The notes below the pieces were generated by a model. It saw only the letters and a program-made list of their open reading frames with translations. It had not been told where the DNA came from and ran no database searches. This document shows positions 12,521 through 24,554 of a DNA stretch of 64,000 nucleotides, piece after piece. The stretch lies in the NCBI RefSeq assembly GCF_000143415.4, contig NW_003314282.1, positions 159,700-223,699 on the forward strand, in the 5' to 3' direction. Made by a program: the position numbers and the translations under genes. The stretch comes from Selaginella moellendorffii. Its lineage: Eukaryota > Plantae > Lycopodiophyta. Positions within the stretch are counted from its first letter, which is position 1, and each line of letters opens with the position of its first letter.

Positions 12521-15500
12521 TTAATTTTTACGAAATTTGAAATTTTTGCCAAAACTCATGTAAATGTTAGACATAAGATCGTAAGCCGCTGAGTTCTCTG
12601 GATCCAACACCACCAGTGCCTCAAACGCAATCCTCCCATGCTTCACGTCCCTCCACTTGTGACAAGCCCCAAGCAGCACCATCCAAGCCATGCCACTCCT
12701 TGGTCTCGACTCCACCACCTCCAGTGCTTCCTCAAGCATCCTCGCTCGTCCCAGCAGATCCACCATGCAAACATAGTGCTCCTCGCTGGGCTTCACTCCA
12801 TACCTGGACTCCATCGCTGCGAAGACACTCCTTCCTTTCTCGACAAGCCCCGCTCGGCTACAAACCGTAAGCACGCTCACGAAAGTCACGTGATTTGGTC
12901 CAAGGCCTTCATCGACCATAGCTCCAAATCTCTCAAACACCACCTTGGTATCGCCCACGCGACTGTATCCTGCTATCAGCGACGTCCAAGTTACCACGTC
13001 CCAGCTTCCTTGGCGAGAATCAAACACTAGCTGGGCTTCCTCGGTTCTCCCACACTTGCCATAAAAGTCCACCAGGCACGTCGCGAGAACTCCATCGCCC
13101 TCCAAGCCACGCCTGTAAATCTCCGAGTGGATCTCTTTCCCAGCTTGGAGAGACACAACCCTGGCACAAGCGGTGAGAGCAGCGGCCAGAGTTTGAGCGT
13201 CGGGGGTGTAATTCTTGTCGACCAGTTTGTAGAGCTCCAGTGCTATGTCGCCTTCTCCATCGTCGGCGTATCCCAGCATGAGCGTGCTCCACAAAACCAG
13301 GCCCAGATCTGGCATAGTGTCGAAAACTCGCCGAGCATCGCCCATGCTTCCACACTTGACGTAAAAGTCGATCAAGCTGCTAGCGACGAAGGTGTTTTTC
13401 AAGTCACCGGGACACTTTGCTGCTGCCTCCGAGTGTACCGCCATTCCTTTCTCGAGAGCTGCTAACTTGACAAAATTTCGATCGACTTGAATGCCATCTT
13501 CTTTCTCGGCCAGACCAATGCAGGCTTTCAGTGCTGCTACGATCGCTCGAGTGTCCGGGACACAGCCTTGTGGTCGCAAACCAGTAAAAGCCTCCAGTGC
13601 CAGAGCTTCTTCACCGTTTCGAGCGTAGCCAAGCACGAGTGACGTCCAAGAGACCAAGTGTTGTGGCGCAGCTCCTCCCAGGAAGACTCTCCGAGCCTCC
13701 TCCATGCTACCACAGTGCGCGTACATGTCGATCAAAGAGCTTGCCACGAAAACGTTCGAGTCGCAGCAGCACTTAACAGCCTGAGAGTGAACATCTCTTC
13801 CTCGCTCGAGAGCTGCAAACTTCTTCTTGCCATGGTTCCCAAGTTCTCGTTCTTTCCCGGCCAAGCCCGTGCATGCCTTCAAAGCCGCGACGAACGTCAA
13901 CCAGTTCGGCACAGATCCTTGTGATTGCATCTCTCCAACCAAGTCCAGAGCTACTCCTTCCTCTCCATTCTCTGCGTGGCCGAGAGTCAGAGCAGTCCAG
14001 AGAACTACATCTCGACGGTGCCTTGGTATTCTGTCAAAAACCCTGCGAGCTTCCACCATGCTCCAACACTTCGCATACAAATCCACCAGAGAGCTCGCCA
14101 CGAACACGTCCGTTTCCAAACCACGCTCGGCAACTTCAGCGTGGAGAACTGCTGCTACTTCCAACGATTTTCGCTTGACAAGCTTGCCATATATCTCGGT
14201 GCCTTCCTCTCTCGCTGCTTTCCCGGCACAGGCCTTCAACGCCGCAACGTAAGTCCGACAATCTGGTGTGCACCTTCGAGAATTCATGCACCGGAATAAC
14301 TCGAGAGCAATCTCTTCCTCTCCATTGTCAGCATAGCCCAGCACCAAAGCCGTCCACAACACCGAGTCGTGCGAGACGATCCTGTCGAAAACTTTGCGAG
14401 CATCGAGCAAGCTCCCACATCTTGCATACATCTCCACCAGCGAGCTCGCCAGGAAAACATCCGCGTCGTAGTAAAACTGCGACACAGCCATCGCGTGAAT
14501 GGCCATTCCCTTCTCCAAGCTTTGCGTCTTCACAACCTTTCCATCTATCTTCTGCCCGGTTTCCATCGCAGCCAGAGCAATGCAAGCTTTTACCACCGCC
14601 ACGAGAGCCTGTCCGTTCGGAGAGCATCGCTGGAGTTGCATGCGTTGGAACAGCTCGAGGGCCAGCTCTGGCTCGCGGTTCTCGGAGTATCCCGCGATCA
14701 AAGTTGTCCACGACACAACATCCGGGCGCTGGATCCTCTCAAACACCTGGCGAGCGTCTTCGAGGCTTCCACACTTGAGAAACATATCGAGCGCTGCGTT
14801 TGCCACGAATATATCTTTGTCGGAGGAGCCACTCTCCACAGCCTGTACGTAAACCTCTCTTCCTTTTTCCAGAGCCGCCACCTTGACGAGCTTTTCTTGG
14901 CTCAGGAGCTTAAACTCTTCTTTCGCTGCTAGACTTGTGCACGCCCTGATAGCCGCAACGAAAGTTCGACAGTCCGGATCGCAGCCTTTGGATTTCATGG
15001 TGGCAAACAAGCTCAAAGCCACTTCGCCCTGACCATTCTCCGCATAACCAAGTATCAAAACCGTCCAGGAGACCAAACTGTGGCTCGGCATCCTCTGGAA
15101 GACCTGGAAGGCGTCAACCAGGCTCCCACACTTGGCATATACACTGATGAGCGTGTTTGGAAGCTTGATATCCAAGTCCTGGCATCCACCAAAACTGTCG
15201 ACTTCCCTGTGAATTTCCCTGGCTTTCTCGAGCGATGCAAACCTTACCAAAACCTTGCCACTGGGACCATGAGCTTCTCTTGCTTCCTCCCTGGAAGCCA
15301 AGCAACTGCAAGCCTTTAGAGCAGCGACATAAGAGAGACAATTGGGAGAACATCCTTCTGGCCTCATCCTGGAGAAGAGATCGAGCGCGAGCTCTCCTTG
15401 ATCGTTGTCGGCATAGCCCAGCACGAGTGCGTTCCAAGGGACCACATCGTCGTGCGGGAGTTTGTCGAAGATCTTGCGAGCGTCCGCGAGGCTGCCACAT

Positions 15501-15676
15501 TTTGCGTACATGTTTACCAGAGTGGTGGCGACAAAGATGTTTGTTTCCATACCCGTTTGGATGGCATCAGCGTGAGCAGTTCTTCCATGCTCCAAGTTTT
15601 TGGCAGCGGAGCAATCTTTGAGCCGTGCAAGGAGCCGCGAGATTTTTGGATCGAACCTTGACGTGTTGGCACGCAT
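12521..15676 (-). CDS. PLS-class PPR protein with C-terminal E domain, no DYW (putative organellar RNA-editing factor), ~1051 aa, intronless
   Basis: Repeated P-L-S motifs (MYAKCGSL.DAR.VFD..VSWT.LI.GY), E domain (HYVCMVDLLGRA..WMVLLGAC..AAYDLMSNIY); first ATG at 15676. Confidence 0.93.
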   Translation of the reverse strand: MRANTSRFDPKISRLLARLKDCSAAKNLEHGRTAHADAIQTGMETNIFVATTLVNMYAKCGSLADARKIFDKLPHDDVVPWNALVLGYADNDQGELALDLFSRMRPEGCSPNCLSYVAALKACSCLASREEAREAHGPSGKVLVRFASLEKAREIHREVDSFGGCQDLDIKLPNTLISVYAKCGSLVDAFQVFQRMPSHSLVSWTVLILGYAENGQGEVALSLFATMKSKGCDPDCRTFVAAIRACTSLAAKEEFKLLSQEKLVKVAALEKGREVYVQAVESGSSDKDIFVANAALDMFLKCGSLEDARQVFERIQRPDVVSWTTLIAGYSENREPELALELFQRMQLQRCSPNGQALVAVVKACIALAAMETGQKIDGKVVKTQSLEKGMAIHAMAVSQFYYDADVFLASSLVEMYARCGSLLDARKVFDRIVSHDSVLWTALVLGYADNGEEEIALELFRCMNSRRCTPDCRTYVAALKACAGKAAREEGTEIYGKLVKRKSLEVAAVLHAEVAERGLETDVFVASSLVDLYAKCWSMVEARRVFDRIPRHRRDVVLWTALTLGHAENGEEGVALDLVGEMQSQGSVPNWLTFVAALKACTGLAGKERELGNHGKKKFAALERGRDVHSQAVKCCCDSNVFVASSLIDMYAHCGSMEEARRVFLGGAAPQHLVSWTSLVLGYARNGEEALALEAFTGLRPQGCVPDTRAIVAALKACIGLAEKEDGIQVDRNFVKLAALEKGMAVHSEAAAKCPGDLKNTFVASSLIDFYVKCGSMGDARRVFDTMPDLGLVLWSTLMLGYADDGEGDIALELYKLVDKNYTPDAQTLAAALTACARVVSLQAGKEIHSEIYRRGLEGDGVLATCLVDFYGKCGRTEEAQLVFDSRQGSWDVVTWTSLIAGYSRVGDTKVVFERFGAMVDEGLGPNHVTFVSVLTVCSRAGLVEKGRSVFAAMESRYGVKPSEEHYVCMVDLLGRARMLEEALEVVESRPRSGMAWMVLLGACHKWRDVKHGRIAFEALVVLDPENSAAYDLMSNIYMSFGKNFKFRKN

Positions 15677-15910
15677 CACTTGTGTGTAGACTTCCGCTCC
15701 TCACGAGGAGAATAGAAAGCAAGAAATGGTGAGTGGGTGGAAGAAAAGATTAGAACAGTTTAACTTACAGTTGGTGGAATGGGAGGAAATGCAAGTGATT
15801 GAAACCATCGACACATCTTGATCCACATTTGGTCCGTGGCACAAGACGCGCCTCTCTTGCCCCGACAAACCCTAAAACTTGCCAATCGTGCGCTCTTTCT
15901 AGGGCTTTTG

Positions 15911-17775
15911 ATGGCGGGCGACGAGTCCCTGCTGCGCGATTGGATCGATCGGCGTCCAGACTACTCCACTCCTGCGAAGCGCAAGCTGGTGGAGGCAGTG
16001 GAGTCGCAGCTCTTGTTCTCTGTCAAGGATTTGAGGCAACCTCGTGCCAGGGCTCGATTACCGCCATGCCGAGATGTCAGCGGCGGGCATGTTCGGCAAC
16101 GCTCGCTCCGATGCAGTGCTGCGGCGCGTGCGGAGCGGATTCCATCGCAGCGCTTCCAAGCGTGGACTTCGCGGAGGTGAAAGTGTTTGACAAGCTGCCA
16201 TGGCCGAGCTTGCAGCCCAGGGTGCCGTGCGTTCCGTCAGAGGCTGATGGCATCTGGCTTGTGGGGCGCCCAGTCTTCAAAGAGATCCTGGACAGATTCG
16301 CGGCGAGCAAGGACGATGTGATAGACTTGGACGGGAATGTCGGCTCGGGGAAAACTTACCTCTTGCTCATGCTAGCTTTGCATTGTCTCCACACGTTCTC
16401 ACCAGCAGCAAGGAAGTCGCGGCTGGTTTGCATCTTTAGCATGCCAGACAACAATCCCGACTTGCTGACGGCGATCAGGGAGGCTCTCTTGGTGGCCTTT
16501 GCGGATGATGCTCCGACGTGCAACTGGCTGTGCTACATTGAGGACTGGAAGGAGATGATGGAGGTGGTGTCATGGTTGAAACACACCAACGATCTGTTCT
16601 TCGTTGTCGACGAGTACGATGTTTTGGACAGCAGGGCCTCGAACAGCTCCCTTATGGACATGTGGCTTGCTTTGAAAGCCCTCGAGGAAAGCTCAACCTG
16701 CTTGCATGGTGGCTCGACAAGGCGGAACGAGGCCTATGCCAGGGTTTTCAAGACCACTCACAACAGAAACTACCACTGCAAGTACACAGCCTTCACGCCC
16801 GAGGAGACGAAGCAGTGCGTCACCTGGAAGGGCTTGCCATCCGAGCCTGGTGAAATGCAGGCATTGACGGGAGGTTTGCCACTCATGGTGCGTGTTTTCG
16901 TGGATTGCTATGTCGCAGCGGCGACTTCTGCAGATTGTGAGGGCGAGGAGGTTGAACAGCAATGAAGGACTGTTGAACAGTGGGTGACGGAGATAGCGGC
17001 CTTGAAACATGTCAGGAGGAGAATAGCGGTGGCTGCGCTATCGGATCTGATAGCTGGCAGAGGCAGGATCGACTCTGATAGTTTTGATCCTCGGTGGATT
17101 GTACAAAATGGGGACAAGTTTGCGCTGGTTTCTGATCTTACCAAGGCAATGGTTGTGACTGCCGTTGGAATGCATTTGGATAAGGCAGATGGAGATGCCT
17201 TGATGATGAAAGTGGCAGAGCAGCTCATTGAAGAATGCATGGCCGCACACCTTGCACCGTTGCCAGTTGAACTCATGGTGGAAAGGATTGTAATCCACAT
17301 CGCGAAACAGTGGGGCATGGGGCCATTGAAGGGAAAGAAGATTGAAGCTTTTCATTATTTTGGCTTGAATTTGGGACCAGTCCTAATGCACTCGCCAACA
17401 ACTTCTATCCCCAGCAGCTGGCAACGCTGCTGTGTTGACTTTGTGACTCGAAGAGTGGAAAATGATCTGCTCTTCATTGACGTGTTTCGAGTTTCTGTTG
17501 GGCCACAAAAAAGGATCACAAAATGGCAAAGTGTGGACAAGTTCTTCAAGCCTGAGAACATGGGTCTTTATACAGCTGGTTATGATGTGGAAGATATCAG
17601 ATGGGGTTTTCACTGGATTGGTCCAGAGGGTGGTAAGCCAGACTGGTTTCCCTCAAGGTGGTCGTCTGCTGGTGGTGTTAACTATAACGAAACATACATT
17701 GTGCTCTCTGCCGTGGCACATCCCCAAGAGGTTGATGGATTTTTTATCAAAGCACTAGAAGCTGTTGTGATATGA
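15911..17775 (+). pseudogene. P-loop NTPase paralogue with frameshifting deletions and a premature stop
   Basis: Near-identical to 30287-32206; deletions at ~16070-16140, ~16400 and ~16950; CGA>TGA stop at 16963-16965. Confidence 0.9.
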
Positions 17776-17899
17776 TCTTGAGCTGAGATTAAACTCAGGA
17801 ATAAAGATTTGTCCATCTCTACATTGAAGTCATGGTTCAATATGTTAACACACGCTTATTTGCTGATTTTAGAATATTCTAATGTTTTTTATGCTTCTC

Positions 17900-18010
17900 T
17901 AGACTTCTTGACAGCCTTTCCATCTATCTTCAGCCCGGTTTCAAGCTTTTGTCACCGCCACGAAGGCTTGTCCATTCGGAGAGCATCGTTGGAGTTGCAT
18001 GTGTTTCTGG
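17900..18010 (-). pseudogene. Short fragment of the PLS-PPR gene
   Basis: Matches ~14525-14645 and 32325-32430. Confidence 0.7.
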
Positions 18011-21000
18011 CTTGTAGAATTTGGGATTTTAGTTTAGATTTAACTTTTTCATTGTCTAAATCTCCCTTTTCTTATTGTTTTTCTCAACTTTTTTCTTTCT
18101 TTTTTATTTATTATTTATTTGTTTCCTCCTCTTTTAACTCTAGAGTAGCAATTTGTGCAATTTTTTGATGCTATGTAGTTGTAGTTGAACAATCCGACTC
18201 AATTAATAGCAGTATTCATAGCGCATGGTACAACTCTTTTTGTGTTTGCTACCAATCCTCACATTTGGCTAAAGTTCTTTTGTGGGAATCTTGGGAATGA
18301 TGTGTACCATTGATTCAATCATTTCACAGTTATTGCCACATATCATTTTTGGGATAATGTTGTAAATGTGACTTCGGGTATTAAAAGATGCTTGTCTGCC
18401 AGTCCTTACGGACACTCTCTCCTTACTGCCATGATGGCAAGAGGTCAGTACTGTTGGTTCCCTTTATTGGCCCCTTTTGTCCAAGTGTTAGTAAATTAGA
18501 CTTAGCATTTGTACTTGGCCGGATGAGCATAAGGACGGAATTCCTAAGGGTTCTTGCCAAGCCAGTGCAAGATATAGCAAAAGAGAACTAAAAAGCTGGG
18601 CCAAGTATGCTTGGCCAAATAGACACTTGCGTATTGAGACTAGTCCCTCAATATCGCTAGATGATAGCTTACTGTGTCTGCCAAACACCCTTGCTATCAT
18701 GCCCTTTATATTAGTCTTATTTCGGTTCCAAATGCTAATTATGGAAAGTGTCAAGATTTGCTCATTTGGCATATCTACAGAATGTAGATATCGGCCTGAA
18801 CACAATGGTGTTCGTTTCATGTCCAAATTCACAATCTAAAAACATTCCATATTTAATAAGTTTCGAGCTTGTCCCAAATACTAACTCCTAATACTAAGGG
18901 AGGTTTGGGGTGAAAGCCCAAAGCATGTGTTCCTCAAGGGGGGGGGGGGGGGGGGGGGGCTATGGGGGGTTTCAAAAGTATAGTAAGGATAGTGGTTGGA
19001 ATGCATGTCCGACCACCTAAGACATTAATTTGGCTCCCACTGGGTTGTGTTGCTCGTTGTTCTGCATCTGGCTTGGGTCTAAGCCCAAGCTCCACACTGC
19101 TCTAGTTGGTGGGGTACCCTCCTCCTTGTTTTAGGCCACTAGTATGTCAAAATTGTGCCGACACCATTTTGTGTGTAGGTGCTGGATATGGGGAGCTGGT
19201 GCTCATGGGATTGTACTGGACCCTCGTTTTGTAGCGCAACGGGCTTGGAGTTCGGCTTCAAATTCAGGTGCGCTACATTTGGTATTAGAGAAATTGTCTC
19301 AGCGATTCCTATCCAACTTTTGTCAGATTTTCTGACTCAAGTTGCATACGCAGAGACTTTTCTAGTAGATCCAAAGCGACCTGTGTAGGATTAGTTGGAT
19401 TGCACCATTCGGTAAGAACGTTGTATGCATGTTCATTTACTGATAGAGGCATGCATGCAGCTAGCGGGATGGTGAAAAGGAACCGTGCTGATGACGCTGA
19501 AACATCTAGACGAGCAAATTGAGAGGAGGAAACTCCTAGTAGAGATGTTGCGGAAGAGGCTGAGGCCAAGTTAGAAGAGGAAGAGCTAGATGCTGTGGCA
19601 TTGTAGTGTACGGCTCAGGAAGTCGAGATTTAGAATTTGCGAAAGGAGATTCGCAAATTGAAGGAGAACAAAAAGAGGAAGAAAGAAGCTGAGGCAGCTA
19701 AACCAGCTAAGCCTAAGCAACCGGACTCCTCTTCAAGTTCTGAGGACGATGAAGTTCTGCAACCACCCCCGATTGCATGAGTTTCAAAGTTCAAGCCTCC
19801 GAAACCACCCAACTTTAGAGGCATGCGGGACTATCAAGTTTTGGAAGACTGGGTCTACGATATGGAAAACTATTTCATAGTGGCAGATGTAAATGATCGT
19901 ACGAAAGTTGCGTGCATGCAGTCCTTTCTCACTGATCATGCCAAAACTTGGTGGCACCAAATGTGTGCTGAAAAAGGGCAAACTAGAAGTTGGACTAAGA
20001 TGCGGTCTCGTATCTGTAAGGAATACTTGCCGGACGATCTTGGTCTGAGACTTTGCGCGGAGCTGCGGCGGTTAAAGCAGTGAGGGGACCTCATGCATTA
20101 CGTTAATGCGTTTGCTCAGAAGCGCATTATGATTGCAAATATGAATGACAAAGATGCTCGGAGTTATTTCCTGGAAGGTTCACTTTCTTGCAATGAGATT
20201 TTGAAGTTTAAGCTAAAGACGTATCTAGAGTGTAAGGAGGCAGCACAGCAAGTTGCCTTTAGTCACTCGCTTATGGAACAATATCAGCAACCGTATGCTG
20301 GTAACTCGGATAAGAATAAGAATTCTGGGAATAAACAAGGTGACCGGAAACAGAGGGTGGAAGGTAGGTTCCGCTCTGGAGGCTCACAAGCAACAATTAA
20401 CAAAGGTGGTGGTGGTTGGAGACCACAAGCATCTTCTTCTGGTCCTAGGCCCTCTGCTCCTCCTCCTAGTGGGTACAAGCAGCAGCAACTTGCAAAACCT
20501 GCTCCTAGCAGAACAAGTAGTGTAGGTCATTGCTTCCATTGTGGAGAGTCAGGACATAGGTCCTCAGAATGTCCTAACAAGCATAAGACAAGGTCTCGTG
20601 TTAATGTCATGAGGGAAGACGGTGGTGGTGAAGCTGAAGACGTTGACGAGCTGGTCAATGCAGACTATGAGGAAGAGGAGCTGAGTTACTTTCATTGCTT
20701 TCCTCAAGCTTTTCTCGCAGTCAATGCAAACACTAATCCATTGATGTATTTGGTAGGCTTTGTCCGTAGACACCGAATCCGAGTGATGATTGATACAAGA
20801 GTTACACACAGTGTGATATCCGAAGACTTAGTTAAGTTGTTAGGATTAAATGCTAAGCAAATGTCACCTATGCACTTCCGGTTTGCGGAAGGTGGGCAAG
20901 TAGCCAAAAAGTTTGTGAGTGATGTTCCAATAAAGATATCCAAGTGGAAAGAAAGAGTGGACTTGGTAGTGTTGAAAATACAAGATTTTCAGATGGTGTT

Positions 21001-23118
21001 TGGTATGGATTTCTTCAACAAATACATAAAAGGGATTTATGGTGCTGGACAAAGTCATATCACATTGAAGTCAGAAGGATGTCCTGATATGTCCTTTTAG
21101 TTGCAAAAGCGCTCCTCAAAGGATTGGGATGCTAAGTTCCTGACTGCGAGAGCCGCTCAAAAAGCAGCTAAGAAGGGATGTCAAACCTTTTGGGTTCAAG
21201 TGATGGAAGCTGAGGGTATGGGTGACTTGGTTCAAATTGGCGACGGGGTTGATCCTGTACCAAAGAAAATATTGGAGTTATTGGCGAGGAATCAGGATAT
21301 CTTCCCGACGGATTTGCCATCAGGGCCACCTCCTAGCCATGAGGTTGATCATCGGATTGAGGTTATACCGGGTTCTAAACCACCTACAAAAGCTCCATAT
21401 CGGTTGAATATCAAGGAGATGGCTGAACTCAAGAAGCAACTCATGGAGCTTCTTGACAAAGGTCATATCCGACCAAGCAAGTCACGTTATGGAGCGCTGG
21501 TCCTTTTTGTTATGAAAAAGGATGGAACCATGAGGATGTGTATCGACTATCGATCACTCAACAAGATCACGGTCAAGAATAGTTATCCTTTGCCCCACAT
21601 TGATGACTTGTTTAACCAACTCTTAAAGGCTAAGTATTTTACACGACTTGATTTGCTGTCCGGGTATCATCAGATACAGGTGGATGGTGGATCAGGATGT
21701 GGAAAAAACAGCCTTTAAGACTCGGTACGGATCTTATGAATTCCTTGTCATGCCGTTCGGGTTATGTAATGCTCCAGCAATGTTCAGCACTATCATGGAT
21801 AGAATATTCAGAGATTATTTGGACACATTTGTTGTCCTATATATAGACGATATTCTAGTCTTCAGCGAAACGTTGGAGGGTCATTTGAAACACTTAGAGC
21901 TGGTGTTTCAGAAGTTGCGCAAACACAAACTGTATGCTAAGGAAAGTAAATGTGCTTTTGGTCAATTGCGCGTAAACTTTCTCGGACATATAGTTGGTGC
22001 TAGCGTAATTGAGGTTGATCCAAAGAAGGTGGAAGCGGTGAAGTCCTAGGAAGTCCCGACCACTATATCAGATGTTCGTTCCTTTCTCGGTTTGGCGGGA
22101 TACTATCGTAAGTTTGTCCGCAATTTTGCAAGAATTGCTCTTCAGTTGACTAAGTTGACAAAGAGTAGTATTCCGTTCCATTGGACACCAGCTTGTCAGT
22201 GTGCTTTTGTACGATTGAAGGAGATCTTGACTATGGTTCCTGTTCTCAGGATCCCAGATCTTGATAAACCCTTCGAAGTGCATTGTGATGCGTCTGGCTA
22301 TGCTATTGGTGCCATGTTACAGCAAGATTGTGACAAAGCGGTTGGTGTTACGCTAAGGCGACATGGTTGTCCCGTTGCATTCTATTCCAAGAAATAGGAT
22401 GAAACTCAACGAAAATGGCCAACGCATGAGAAAGAGATGTTTGCTATAGTATCAGCCCTGGAACATTGGAGACACTACTTGGGTGGACATACCAAGGTTT
22501 ATACAGATAGTAACACACTGAGCTACTTTGCTATGCAGCCTAAGCTTACACCGAAGCAAGCTCAAGCTTGTTAGATATGATATTGAAATCATATATAAAC
22601 CTGGTAAAGACAATATTGTTCCGAATGCATTGAGTCGTCAGGCTCAATTCCGGGCCATATCAGCAATCAGTTTGGACTGGTTGGAGGACGTTCGGGCTTC
22701 ATGTGGAAGTGATCCATTGGCGAAGGCAATCTTATGCTGTGCGGGGTTGTTGAAGCAAAGCCCTGGTAGCGAAGCAGAGAAAGTTGCTAGTCGCACTAAT
22801 GCGAAGCTTCACTTCTCAGTTCGGGATGGGCTTATATTCTATAAGCAAGAAAGATTGTATCTTCCCTCTAAGGATCTGCAGCTGTTGTTTCTGCGGGAAC
22901 ATCATGATGTTCCAGTAGCGGGACATGGTGGACAGCGAAAAACTCTGGCTTCATTGAAAAAGGGATTTTTCTGGTTTGGTATGGAAGGTGATGTAGCGGA
23001 ATATGTCCGTTCCTGCCCTATATGCTAGCAATGTAAGCGCAAAATTGAGAAGCAAGCTGGAAAGTTGCAGTGCATTCCCGCACCAGCATGGCCATTTCAG
23101 AGTGTGACACTTGATTTC

Positions 23119-24554
23119 TGTAAGCAACTAATTTTTCCATTCTACTTTAGTCATTTAACCACACCTCCGACCACTTGGAGGAGTCTCACTCACAACCTCC
23201 ATAAGTCCTATTTCGGACTTGGGCTTGCTAGCCCCAAGAATGGCATCCCCGCCACTCAACCTTTGCACTTGGTCCAAGTGCTCCATGTGTCCGATCCCAT
23301 GACTGACACCCCAAGGTACCACCGACATACTGGCCTGTTACGCTAAGGCAATGCCCATTCACCTTGGTCATACCGGTGGTCTAACACCACCTACATCGCA
23401 GTCCCGTCTCTCAAAGATTGGGCCATCCATCCATGAGTGACCATCCTATGTCCACTCCTTGGCATCCTTAAGATGCCCACAGACATGGGGAACAGCCTTC
23501 CCCAATATCCCTTTAACAGTCCCCACCAAGATCCTTTTCTGTCCATGGCCGTGTTCACCAAAACTGCCACTAGATCAAGGCCCATAGGCCCGACCACCAA
23601 GTCCCACTGTCCTCTGGGACTTCCTCACCACATGACTGTGTCATTGATCACCACACCAAAGGATCACTGCTCTTCCTTTCCATAGCCTGGGACTTTGGGA
23701 CAGCATTTTGGAACACCGTGGCCCTACGCGGGCCTCCTGGGTACTCTCCCCGCCTTCCACCTTTGGGTGCTCTAGCCATGGGCTTAGAGCGAGGTTTCGT
23801 TGAGCCACGTTTGGTATCCAAGTAGGTAGTGCCACCCACACTTGGACTGGGAGCATCGGCTACTCGATCTCCTGGGGGAACTAGAGCCGGCTCTTGAACA
23901 CTTCACCAAGCTACCTCGCTTGTCAGTCTGTGTTCACTCTAGTTTTGGACTTCCCAATGGGCAGCTCATCACCCAACACTGGGTACAGCCTTCCTGGGCC
24001 AAACTGACTTTTCCTAGGCCAAACTGGCCTTTCCTGGCCAAACTGGCTCCATTGGGCTCCAACCCCCACACTCTCCCTACTTTACTTTTGGAACCCCCTG
24101 CAGCCCCCCCCGGGGGATGATCGCTTTGGGCTTTCACCCAACTGCCTGCATTAGTATTCAGACTCGGACTCGGTCTCGGTCCCAGTTTTGGACTCGGACT
24201 CGGTCTCGGTCTCGGTTCCCTCTCGGACTCCATCTCGGACTCCATCTCAGACTCCACTTCGGGTCCATCTCGGGTCCATCTCGGACTCCATCTCAGACTC
24301 CACTTCGGGTCCATCTCGGACTCTTCCACGTGTCATGTGTTGGTCCTTTTTTGGTCCCTTTATGGAGCCTTGCTTATTGGTTGCCTCGTGCTCGCTCCTC
24401 GAGCACTTTGTTGGGAGTTCCACTCCCACTCTCGACCTTCCAAGTCGGAGCTTTTAGTCCAAACGTGTTATGCTCGTTTGGCTTTCGCTTCTGCCACTAC
24501 CACATGGCACCCTTTCCGGCTCCACATTGGGGCCTAGGGATTTTGTGTCTCACA
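23119..24554 (-). mobile_element. Solo LTR (family S, copy 2) inserted in the integrase of element D
   Basis: TG..CA termini; TSD ATTTC/GTTTC; interrupts SVTLDF|VTCLPK; opposite orientation to copies 1 and 3. Confidence 0.9.
24160..24325. repeat. 6/12-bp minisatellite (GACTCG / GGACTCCATCTC) inside solo LTR
   Basis: Visible tandem units; same array at ~6290-6395 and ~27915-28087 in opposite orientation with different copy numbers. Confidence 0.85.
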
